This document shows, piece by piece, positions 20,271 through 28,446 of a DNA stretch of 64,000 nucleotides. Source of the stretch: Minisyncoccota bacterium (GTDB lineage Bacteria; Patescibacteriota; Minisyncoccia; Phycocordibacterales; PALSA-1337); contig JBAZRG010000001.1 of NCBI GenBank assembly GCA_041663145.1, positions 74,467 to 138,466 of the forward strand. The letters run 5' to 3'. Numbering within the stretch: position 1 is the stretch's first letter; every line of letters starts with the position of its first letter. The translations under genes were made by a program, and so were the position numbers. Under the pieces are notes generated by a model. That model was not told the origin of the DNA. It saw only the letters and a list, made by a program, of their open reading frames with translations, and ran no database searches.

Positions 20271-21587
20271 CTAATATCTTGAGTACCAGACATCATTTCT
20301 CCAGACCCAGTTAGAATCCATACCGCCGAAGACGAATATTTTATCTTTGAATAGAAGTACAGAATGATCTTCACGACCAGTCCACTCTGGATCGATTTCT
20401 GTTTTTTTCCAGATCTTACCATCATCGGAATACCAGATATCGTTCACACCCTTGAGATCGGAATCATCTAGTCTACCTACTGTCCATAATTTATCTTTGT
20501 ATCCTATAAGCGAATATCCTTGTCGAGCCTGCCATGGCGGATTGTTTGTGACGAGTTCCCAGTCCATGCCGTCTGTCGAAGACCAAATATCGTCGAATGT
20601 ATCGCCAGATAGATTCATTCCGCCAGACAAATATATTTTATCTTTGAAAATTGCTGTATCGTGATCCCAGCGTGGTTTCCAAGGTGTAGGAGTTTTGACT
20701 TCTTTCCAAGTGATACCGTCTTCTGAATACCAGATGTCATTTTTGACTGATCTAGCATCATAATTCACACCTCCAAACATCCACAATTTATCTTGAAAGA
20801 CTTCCAGTGTCTGACCTTCACGAGCAGGCCAGTCGGCATTTGCTACGACTTTTTTCCAGTTTATACCATCAGTTGATTGCCATATATCGTTGGTGTATCC
20901 ACTCTTCACTCCGTATCCGCCGAGCATCCATAGTTTATCCTTGAAAAATGCAACCGACATGGATCTGCGAGCCGACCAGTCCGCGCTTTTACGTACCAAT
21001 TTCCAGTTTATACCATCATCGCTGTTCCAAATATCGTTGAAATGAGGAGCATCCCAATAGTGAACATTATGATTCTTATCGACTTCGGTATTTCCATTGA
21101 GACCTCCCATAGTCCACATCTTGTCTTTAAAGACAAAGCTGACCGCGGAATCTCGTGGTTGCCACTTTGCTTCGGCTGTAGCCATAGACCAGTCTAGTTT
21201 GGCTGGATCGAAAATGTTGGATTGGATTTGGGTTGCTTTGATTTCTGGAGTAGCATTGATTACAGGCGTTATAAGGGGAGTAACTATAGGCGTAACTCTG
21301 GCTCTAGGAGTAATGAGGGGTGTCATCGTGACTGCTGGTGTAGCCATAGGTGTGGTTCTAGGTAGAGGAGTGGCGAGCGCTAAGACCAAAGGAGTTTCGG
21401 TAGGATTTGATGGAGAAATGTTTTGGGCAGAAGCTTTTTTGTACAACTTTGCATTGTTATCTACCAGATAGTTTATGAGATAATCTGAGCCGAACTTGGT
21501 GCAGATGACAAGGATGAGGAGGAAAATCATTCCTTTCATAAAAAAGATCAAACCTCTCTTATCAAACCGAGAATTATCCTCATTCAT
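20271..21587 (-). CDS. Membrane-anchored Kelch-like beta-propeller protein
   Basis: N-terminal TM, Pro/Thr linker, about six repeats of 'F.DK.W..GG....ND.W.S.DG..W'. Confidence 0.85.
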   Translation of the reverse strand: MNEDNSRFDKRGLIFFMKGMIFLLILVICTKFGSDYLINYLVDNNAKLYKKASAQNISPSNPTETPLVLALATPLPRTTPMATPAVTMTPLITPRARVTPIVTPLITPVINATPEIKATQIQSNIFDPAKLDWSMATAEAKWQPRDSAVSFVFKDKMWTMGGLNGNTEVDKNHNVHYWDAPHFNDIWNSDDGINWKLVRKSADWSARRSMSVAFFKDKLWMLGGYGVKSGYTNDIWQSTDGINWKKVVANADWPAREGQTLEVFQDKLWMFGGVNYDARSVKNDIWYSEDGITWKEVKTPTPWKPRWDHDTAIFKDKIYLSGGMNLSGDTFDDIWSSTDGMDWELVTNNPPWQARQGYSLIGYKDKLWTVGRLDDSDLKGVNDIWYSDDGKIWKKTEIDPEWTGREDHSVLLFKDKIFVFGGMDSNWVWRNDVWYSRY

Positions 21588-21649
21588 ATGCGTACATAAT
21601 AACACAAGGCACAATCGTAAAATTTTTCGTTTTACGGTAAACTGTGGAC

Positions 21650-22684
21650 ATGGCAGTATTATATAGAACACACCGTCCTTCAGTCTGGAATGAAGTCGTC
21701 GGACAAGATCAGGTTACAGACTCGCTTAGAGATGCCGTAGACAGTGGACGTGTGGCACATGCCTATCTGTTTTCCGGATCACGTGGTACTGGCAAAACAT
21801 CGGTGGCTCGCATATTGGCTGGTGCTCTCTTAACATCTGGTGAAGATGTCTATGAGATCGACGCGGCCTCGAATCGTGGTATAGATGATATACGCGAACT
21901 CAGGGAACATGTTTCGATCTTACCTTTTAGCTCCAAATACAAAGTCTACATCATAGACGAAGTCCACATGCTCTCAAAAGAAGCTTGGAATGCGCTTCTG
22001 AAAACTCTGGAAGAACCGCCGGTACATGTTATCTTTATCCTTGCTACGACTGATTTGGACAAAGTTCCTGATACTATCATCTCCCGTTGTCAGACTTTTG
22101 TCTTTCGTAAGCCATCGAGAGAGATCTTGCGCAAGGAAGTGACGAGAATAGCAAAAAAGGAAGGTTATGATCTGGATCTCGGTGCCGCGGATCTCATAGC
22201 ACTACTTGGTGACGGCTCATTTCGAGATGCGCTCGGAATGTTGGAAAAAGTGATCTCTGCATCAGGGGACCAAAGTTCAAAGACAAGCAAGCAGATCAGT
22301 CGTGAAAAAGTCGAATCTATCACAGGTGCGCCTAGAGCAGAGCTGGTGAACTCTTTTATCGAAGGACTTATGGCAAAGAAGAGCGACGATACCCTTGGTG
22401 TTATATGCGAAGCGGAAAAAGCTGGTATCTCGATGAATATTTTTGTGACTCTGATATTGGAAAAATTACGTTTCATCCTGATCATGACACATTCAAAGTC
22501 ATCTGAGGTGAATATTAAAGATCGCCTCTCGCCGGATGATCTAGAATTCGTAAAAAAGCAGGCAGAAACCAAACTTCTGACTCCATCCATGCTCTACGCC
22601 ATGCTCGAAGCGGCTGAAGGCGTTTCTCGAGCAAAAATCGAGCAATTGCCCCTAGAGTTGGCTGTCGTGAAGATTTGTGGTTAA
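21650..22684 (+). CDS. dnaX: DNA polymerase III gamma/tau (short form)
   Basis: 'HAYLFSGSRGTGKTS', 'EIDAASNRGID', 'IIDEVHML', 'NALLKTLEEPP'. Confidence 0.95.
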   Translation: MAVLYRTHRPSVWNEVVGQDQVTDSLRDAVDSGRVAHAYLFSGSRGTGKTSVARILAGALLTSGEDVYEIDAASNRGIDDIRELREHVSILPFSSKYKVYIIDEVHMLSKEAWNALLKTLEEPPVHVIFILATTDLDKVPDTIISRCQTFVFRKPSREILRKEVTRIAKKEGYDLDLGAADLIALLGDGSFRDALGMLEKVISASGDQSSKTSKQISREKVESITGAPRAELVNSFIEGLMAKKSDDTLGVICEAEKAGISMNIFVTLILEKLRFILIMTHSKSSEVNIKDRLSPDDLEFVKKQAETKLLTPSMLYAMLEAAEGVSRAKIEQLPLELAVVKICG

Positions 22685-22702
22685 ATTGTGAAGATGCGAT
22701 AG

Positions 22703-22843
22703 TGTGTAGTAACATTTACAATCTTGCGGGCTCCTCCTTCGCTCTTGCAGAGCTACGGAGGACACAGTCGTCTAATGGGTGGGTCGCCTACGCTTGCTGT
22801 CGCAAGCTTCGGCGGACCGAAGTCGTCTTGGTGATCGTTATAC
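22703..22843 (+). repeat. Duplicated tRNA-Gln upstream and 5' segment interrupted by hairpin insertions
   Basis: 22703-22733 nearly matches 22844-22874; GTCTAATGG resumes at 22770 after hairpin 22732-22762; second hairpin at 22783-22817. Confidence 0.85.
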
Positions 22844-22865
22844 TGTGTAGTTACATTTACAACTT

Positions 22866-22936
22866 TGCGGGCTCGTCTAATGGTAGGACTCCTCCCTTTG
22901 AAGGAGGCTATTGGGGTTCGAATCCCTGGCCCGCAG
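22866..22936 (+). tRNA. tRNA-Gln(TTG)
   Basis: Acceptor TGCGGGC/GCCCGCA, anticodon arm CCTCC-CTTTGAA-GGAGG, TTCGAAT. Confidence 0.95.
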
Positions 22937-22961
22937 CAAATAAATTACATAAAACAATAAT

Positions 22962-23051
22962 ATGAAAAATAAAACTCAAGTATTCATGATTCACGGAGGA
23001 ATGACTTTCAAAAACAAGAGAGATTATTTACATTTAGAATCAATAAATTAA
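22962..23051 (+). pseudogene. N-terminal fragment of an alpha/beta hydrolase (YdeN/RBBP9-like)
   Basis: MKNKTQVFMIHGGMTFKNKRDYL then an early stop; 'IHGG' start motif. Confidence 0.45.
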
Positions 23052-23081
23052 ATAATATGGCAACAATATCATATAATATCT

Positions 23082-23597
23082 ATGAGTAAAAAATATATAT
23101 GTGACGGAACAAAATATGAGATTGGTGGCCCGAAGGCTGATACAATAGGTTTACCAGTTTCTATTATGGGTCAACCTTTAAAGATAAGTGTAGAAGGCTA
23201 TGAATTACAGTTAAAATCATCATTCCACATTAGTCTCGTTTGTATCGGTAAGATGATTGAGAAGCATAAGATATCTATTCCTGATTTTGTAAATAAAGTC
23301 ATTGAAGACTTCTGTAGCTATGTTAGTACTACGGAAATAAATTTTTTGAAATATCGTAATGAATTTAGATTCGTCTCACAAAATGAAAGGCGAACCATTG
23401 TTGCAATGTGTGATATTTCTAATCTAAAAGAGTTTTTTGACTTGATTAACAAAAAGTATTCCTTGAAAGTTGAATATCAACCTACACATGTAACTATCTA
23501 TACCTTGCAACCAGAATTAGGCATCTTTCTATCTGACAGTAATGATTTACGGGAGCTTACAAAGGTAATTCCTAAGCCTGAAGGTGTGAATATATAG
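23082..23597 (+). CDS. 2H phosphoesterase superfamily protein
   Basis: Two Hx[S/T]h motifs, 'FHISL' and 'THVTI', about 87 aa apart. Confidence 0.65.
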   Translation: MSKKYICDGTKYEIGGPKADTIGLPVSIMGQPLKISVEGYELQLKSSFHISLVCIGKMIEKHKISIPDFVNKVIEDFCSYVSTTEINFLKYRNEFRFVSQNERRTIVAMCDISNLKEFFDLINKKYSLKVEYQPTHVTIYTLQPELGIFLSDSNDLRELTKVIPKPEGVNI

Positions 23598-23675
23598 TTG
23601 TTCCAGCAGCGTCCCATCCGGCCAGCAAAATGATCTGTACCTCATAAAGCAGAATTTTTTGGGCACTAGTGAGCT

Positions 23676-25031
23676 TTATGCTATTCTTTTTAGTGGCATA
23701 GAAGCCTCAAGTAATTTTTGGGCTTTGCCATTCTTAAAATTTGTGAACACTGCCTCTTCATCGTACGAACCGTAAACGTATTTGGATTTCATTACGAAAG
23801 TGTGTGGTGACGAAGTGGGAATAAATCTATGAGCGCCCTTTAAGGGATTATTAGTCTTAGGACCATAGCTTATCAGGATATCTTTGATTCTAGATATCAC
23901 ACTGTCTCCCCAAACGCTTCGATATATACCTTCATATTTCGCATAAGATATTTTTGAGTGACTGGAATAATCCTTAGATTTATTTATGATCATGTCTATA
24001 GAATCCAGTAATCCATCTGTTATCCGGCTTGCATTTGAATCCAGGGTATTTGTAAGGACGACAACGCCGATATCATTTTTTGTGTCAAAGGCGGTACGCG
24101 TAATAAAACCATTGAAACCACCTCCGTGCCCGATAATCTTCCGGCCATTAAGATAATTGATATCTAGACCCAACCCGTATTCATCACCGTCTTCTGTCTT
24201 GGCGTGTGGTCTGCTCATCTCTTTAACAGATTCTCGGTTGATGACATGCAGTGGGTTGTGATTTAGCGAAAGAGACGAAATGAATTTTATCAGATCAGTT
24301 GCATTTGAAACGAAGCCTGTGGCTGGCGCATAGGCATTTGTGGCGTAATGGTTAAACACTATTCTATTTTGATCCGGTGTTTCAGAACCATACCCAGTAG
24401 CTATGTGCTTTATTTCTTTCTTGTAATCTACATATGTATTCTTCATGCCGAGCGGTTTGAGAATCATTTTTATCACATATTCCTCATACGACATTCCAGA
24501 GGCCTTTTCAATCACTAATCCCAGAAGTGAATAGCCGTAATTGGTATATTTGAACGTAGTCAGGTTTTCAATGACTAATGACTTGGAAGAAAAAGATTTC
24601 TTCAAATCTTTTGGAAATTTACCATTTTCCCAATGTGGCGTATCTCCATCACGGAAAACACCCGCTGTATGTGATAACAATTGACGAACAGTGATATGAG
24701 AAGCGTCACTATGTTTAGTTTTGGCCTTAAACCAGTCTATATAGTCAGAAACATGATCATCGAGCCTGAGGTTACCTTCCTCGACAAGCTTCATAATAGC
24801 AACCGCCGTAAACATTTTTGAATGCGAGGCGATATGATACAAAGTATCGGCGCCTGCTTTTTGCTTATGTTCAACATCTGCAAAACCAAAACCCTTTGCG
24901 TAAATGATTTTACCGCCATGAGAAATAGCGATCGAAATTCCTGGTGTCTTATCGTATTTAATTTTCATGGGAATCCATGCGTCTACGATATGACCGATCT
25001 GTTGTATTGCCGTTGAGATTTGGTTATTCAT
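23676..25031 (-). CDS. Serine hydrolase, beta-lactamase class C / S12 family
   Basis: 'ASHSK' (SxxK), 'LLSHTAG', 'YTN', 'GHGGG'. Confidence 0.9.
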   Translation of the reverse strand: MNNQISTAIQQIGHIVDAWIPMKIKYDKTPGISIAISHGGKIIYAKGFGFADVEHKQKAGADTLYHIASHSKMFTAVAIMKLVEEGNLRLDDHVSDYIDWFKAKTKHSDASHITVRQLLSHTAGVFRDGDTPHWENGKFPKDLKKSFSSKSLVIENLTTFKYTNYGYSLLGLVIEKASGMSYEEYVIKMILKPLGMKNTYVDYKKEIKHIATGYGSETPDQNRIVFNHYATNAYAPATGFVSNATDLIKFISSLSLNHNPLHVINRESVKEMSRPHAKTEDGDEYGLGLDINYLNGRKIIGHGGGFNGFITRTAFDTKNDIGVVVLTNTLDSNASRITDGLLDSIDMIINKSKDYSSHSKISYAKYEGIYRSVWGDSVISRIKDILISYGPKTNNPLKGAHRFIPTSSPHTFVMKSKYVYGSYDEEAVFTNFKNGKAQKLLEASMPLKRIA

Positions 25032-25138
25032 AACGTATTTAATCTACATCCACCTGAGCTCTAAGTCAAAAGAATGTAGAGAAGTCGGCAACGGAAACAA
25101 AATATCTAATATGTCGAAATGCGTGCTACTATAATGTA

Positions 25139-25804
25139 ATGCAAAATAAAATAGATAAAAATATCAAGAAAGTCGTCTATTTTATTAGACACGGACAAAG
25201 TGAACATAATATTGCGCCAGTTTTTCAGTCTCCAGATTCACCACTAAATGAACTTGGTAGGAAGCAGGCCTTGTCAATTGCAAAGCGAGTATCCAAGATA
25301 CCATTTGAAGCTCTGATTTCTAGTCCATTTGCGAGAACAAAAGAAACTGCTGATATTATTTCCAAAGCGACAGGTAAGGAATATGAACTTTCTGATTTGT
25401 TTGTCGAGCGTGTGAAGCCGACTATTGTAAATGGTAAACCCTATGAAGACAAGGAGGCAAATGAAATCTGGAAAGAATGGGAAAAGAGTCTTTACACCCG
25501 GGGTGTGCGCGTTGCTGACGGTGAAAATTTTGATGATCTAGTAACTCGTGCTGATAAGGCTCTTAAATTTCTTCAGGATAGACCGGAAAAATCTTTAGTA
25601 GTGGTAACGCACGGCTTTTTTCTGCGAACATTGATTGCTAGAATACTTATTGGTGACTTTTTATCCGGAGAAGCATTCTTCAGATTTCAAAAGAGTGCAT
25701 CCATGGAAAATACCGGCATAACGGTCATACGCTATCAATCAAGTTTCGAACAGACAGATAATTGGCGTCTATGGATCTATAACGACCACGCTCATCTAGG
25801 ATAA
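25139..25804 (+). CDS. Histidine phosphatase family protein
   Basis: 'RHGQS', 'SSPFARTKET', 'VTHG', 'NDHAHL'. Confidence 0.92.
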   Translation: MQNKIDKNIKKVVYFIRHGQSEHNIAPVFQSPDSPLNELGRKQALSIAKRVSKIPFEALISSPFARTKETADIISKATGKEYELSDLFVERVKPTIVNGKPYEDKEANEIWKEWEKSLYTRGVRVADGENFDDLVTRADKALKFLQDRPEKSLVVVTHGFFLRTLIARILIGDFLSGEAFFRFQKSASMENTGITVIRYQSSFEQTDNWRLWIYNDHAHLG

Positions 25805-25926
25805 AGTATCAATAACGGCTTAAATCCCTTCGGATAACATCCCCACGACCAGCAGTCAACATAGTATTGGGAGTCCGGGGAGTTAATTTTACTTGTAATT
25901 TTCTGCGGTTATGATAGTGTATAGAT

Positions 25927-25977
25927 ACAAACGGCTTCGGCCCGACTCTACCGCAAGGTAGAGGTAACAAGAAGGAT
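25927..25977 (+). ncRNA. Candidate sRNA convergent on the mazF remnant (copy 1); 3' end unknown
   Basis: TTGTAA-16-(TGa)TAGTGT promoter, then GGC-TTCG-GCC and CTCTACC-GCAA-GGTAGAG. Confidence 0.55.
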
Positions 25978-26172
25978 TCAGGGTAGCAATGCCTTGAATT
26001 TTTTATAAATGATAACAGGACGGAGATAGTCTTCACCTCCGCCATCTTGCTCAAATCCAACATTCACTCCAAGAGTACACCACCAAATTTCTCCTTCATG
26101 GAAAAAGGGGCGCTTTTCGATCTGGTCAATTACGAATTTCTTATCATGCCACTTTTGAAAGTCTTTTTTCAT
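25978..26172 (-). pseudogene. PemK/MazF toxin with internal deletion
   Basis: 'EIWWCTLGVNVGFEQDG..RPVIIYKKF' joins directly to the C-terminal-like 'KALLP*'; about half the domain is missing relative to the paralog at 28447. Confidence 0.75.
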
Positions 26173-26467
26173 TGATTTATATTATACTTGTAATTACCAT
26201 GTCTTAACAATCCTGAATCAGTTGAGGTCAGAAATGCTCATTTACATTTCCAAATAAATTTAATTTTGTTAAAATACTGAAAGTTCTTGTAAATAGAAGG
26301 GGGTGAGGGGGAGGACTCCCCAATAAAGGTTGGCGCTGAGGAGGTCCGTAAATGCGCCGTAAACCCTTGTCCCCTTATGTTTATAAGATTTTGAACAGAG
26401 TCTGATCATTTGCCATTAATTGTTGATTTGAGTTAGTATTCACGTGAATACCATAAATAGCACTACT

Positions 26468-26860
26468 ATGAAATCCGTAACAATATGTTCAAGCAATAAG
26501 TTTGCAAAAGAAGCACTGGCCTTTGCTGAAGAATTAAAGAAGCTTGGCGTTACCGTCCTTGCTCCACATTATTATGCTTATAATTACGGGGATGTGGACA
26601 AGGTTGAGGGTCACAATAAGAAATTCATAGCTATGGGGCTCACGCATGATCATTTCAATAAAATCAAGAAAGGGGATGTCATATTCATCTTCAATAAGGA
26701 CGGCTATAGTGGCAACAGTGTCACACTTGAACTTGGCTATGCAACGGCTTTGGGGAAAATTATTTATGCTCTTTCTGATAAGGATCCTGAGACATGCAGA
26801 GATATATTATTTACCGGGTATGCAGATACACCGGAGAAGCTAGCTAAATTACTCAAATGA
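26468..26860 (+). CDS. Nucleoside 2-deoxyribosyltransferase-like protein
   Basis: 'GDVIFIFNKDGYSGNSVTLELGYA..GKII' (D...E.G.A motif). Confidence 0.65.
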   Translation: MKSVTICSSNKFAKEALAFAEELKKLGVTVLAPHYYAYNYGDVDKVEGHNKKFIAMGLTHDHFNKIKKGDVIFIFNKDGYSGNSVTLELGYATALGKIIYALSDKDPETCRDILFTGYADTPEKLAKLLK

Positions 26861-27306
26861 AATCAAAAGTAAAAATTTACGTACTTGGAAGTAGTCATTT
26901 CCAAGAAGAAATGGTTAAGTGTTCTGAACAATTGCGTACCTTGGGGCACGGTGGATGGATCCATCCAGATTATGAGGCCTTTGTGCGAGGTGAGAAACAA
27001 GACATTGTTAGTCGTTGGTTAAGTGGTGAACATGCCGCAGTTAAACGAGAGAATAATTATCTAAAGGAACATTACGAGCATATCTTGGAAAGTGATGCGA
27101 TCCTCATAGTAAATGCCGAAAAGAATGGCGTTAAAAACTATATCGGTGGAAATGTGCTAATTGAAATGGGACAAGCTTTTGTCAATAACAAGAAAATCTT
27201 CTTCCTCTATGGTATGCCTACAAAGTCTGCATATCTAGATGAAATTGAGTGTATGGATCCTATTTGTCTAAACGGAAAATTGGCGGATATTAAGAAGTAT
27301 TTATAG
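26857..27306 (+). CDS. Nucleoside 2-deoxyribosyltransferase-like protein (paralog)
   Basis: 'SDAILIVN..NYIGGNVLIEMGQA..KKIF'; ATGA overlap with the upstream gene. Confidence 0.65.
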   Translation: MKSKVKIYVLGSSHFQEEMVKCSEQLRTLGHGGWIHPDYEAFVRGEKQDIVSRWLSGEHAAVKRENNYLKEHYEHILESDAILIVNAEKNGVKNYIGGNVLIEMGQAFVNNKKIFFLYGMPTKSAYLDEIECMDPICLNGKLADIKKYL

Positions 27307-27363
27307 ATAATGGCTTAACAAAGCCAGATTTAGCATATCCTATTGGACAAAGTGTCAAAATGC

Positions 27364-27391
27364 TTGACAAATGCTGTGGGTATGCTATACT
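27364..27391 (+). promoter_or_regulatory. Sigma70 promoter
   Basis: TTGACA-16-TATACT with extended -10 TG. Confidence 0.7.
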
Positions 27392-27396
27392 TGTCG

Positions 27397-28016
27397 TGTC
27401 AGGATAAGGTATTGGATACAATCTTGATGTGCTTAGTAGGCACTTTCTTCAGTACATTGTAAGTCAAGTCAGTTTCGAGGGCGCGAAGCATTTCTTCTTC
27501 GCCCTCGTCTTTGCGGTTTGGCGCTTCGGGGGTTCGTCCCACGTGCTACCGGCCGCATGTAAAAGGGCAGTTCTGGCTATAGCCTCTCTATCAGAAAGAG
27601 CCAGATAAGTGAAATTGGGTTGCAGGTATTTGTGAGAAACAAATACCACGCATGCGTTTCACTTAAGGAGATTCATTTCTCTTACCTCCATGCTTTGGCA
27701 CAAAAAGTGGAGGCGGACAACAGTTAGAATGTGTCTTGCTCGATACCCCTGAAAGAGAAAATCTGAAAGCAATATTTCAGGAAGGGGATTGAGGACAGAA
27801 TCATCTCGCGAGGATTCTATGTGGGGGTAGTAAGTGGCAAGTCGCCCACCTTCATGACCCGTCAAGCTTTCATGCGAACAAGGTTTGCCGCATGAGCCAC
27901 CCAGCATCATCTGGTGTTGGTTACAAAAGAATTTCCGAGTGGAAGTTCTGCAAACCATTAGTTACCTGCCCCTGAGCTGCGCCACATTTTGGCGATGGCT
28001 CGGGGGTTTTCTTTTT
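27397..28016 (+). ncRNA. Candidate large (~620 nt) structured non-coding RNA
   Basis: Bounded by promoter and intrinsic terminator; no + strand ORF of 60 aa or more in the track; about 14 consecutive stems with many G-U pairs on the + strand. Confidence 0.7.
27969..28016 (+). terminator. Intrinsic terminator
   Basis: CCCCTGAGC...GCTCGGGGG followed by TTTTCTTTTT. Confidence 0.8.
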
Positions 28017-28097
28017 ATACTAATCATAGTGGTGGAATGAAAGCTGTACAAAAAAGTGTTAAATTTAGTGTTACATAGGAACGAGATAATACGCCCA

Positions 28098-28355
28098 ATG
28101 ATATATTACACTTACATTCTCAGATGTGCCGATGATTCTCTGTATGTTGGGTGTACGAACGATCTTGAAAAACGTCTTTTTCAACATAACAATTCTAAGC
28201 GAGGCGCGCACTACACGAAGATCAGAAGACCTGTAATATTGGTATACCACGAGAAATTCGTCACTCTGAGGAAAGCTCGAGGAAGGGAAGCAGAGCTCAA
28301 AAGTTGGAGAAGAGAACAAAAATTGGCGTTGGTGGGTACTAAGAAAAAGGCATAA
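28098..28355 (+). CDS. GIY-YIG nuclease family protein (YhbQ/UPF0213-like)
   Basis: 'YTYILRCADDSLYVGCTNDLEKRL..HN..GAHYTK..RP', 'RE..LK'. Confidence 0.9.
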   Translation: MIYYTYILRCADDSLYVGCTNDLEKRLFQHNNSKRGAHYTKIRRPVILVYHEKFVTLRKARGREAELKSWRREQKLALVGTKKKA

Positions 28356-28395
28356 CGAAATTGCTTTTTATTCATTAATTTGCTATTGTATGGAC

Positions 28396-28446
28396 ACAAG
28401 TGGCTTCGGCCTCACCTCCGAAAGGAGGAGAACAGGTGGAAAAATG
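28396..28446 (+). ncRNA. Candidate sRNA convergent on mazF (copy 2); 3' end unknown
   Basis: TTGCTT-17-(TGc)TATTGT promoter, then GGC-TTCG-GCC and CCTCC-GAAA-GGAGG. Confidence 0.55.

Noticed and set aside
20271-21200. Repeated DNA (e.g. TTCCAGTTTATACCATCA twice) suggesting an array or DGR template
   Set aside because: Explained by Kelch-like protein repeats; no reverse transcriptase in the window
22675-22965. 96 aa ORF with an internal repeat
   Set aside because: Translation of the tRNA-Gln duplication
26298-26402. Possible IS end (GGGGGTGAGGGGGAGGACTCCCC...TTTTGAACAGAGTC)
   Set aside because: No matching second end or transposase in the window
27464-27958. Minus-strand ORFs of 61 and 99 aa within the ncRNA candidate
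   Set aside because: No recognisable motifs; promoter, terminator and G-U bias all point to the + strand
27397-28016. RNase P RNA, tmRNA, SRP RNA or self-splicing intron identity
   Set aside because: No GAGGAAAGTCC, no tRNA-like ends, no intron core or interrupted host gene seen by eye; needs cmscan to be certain
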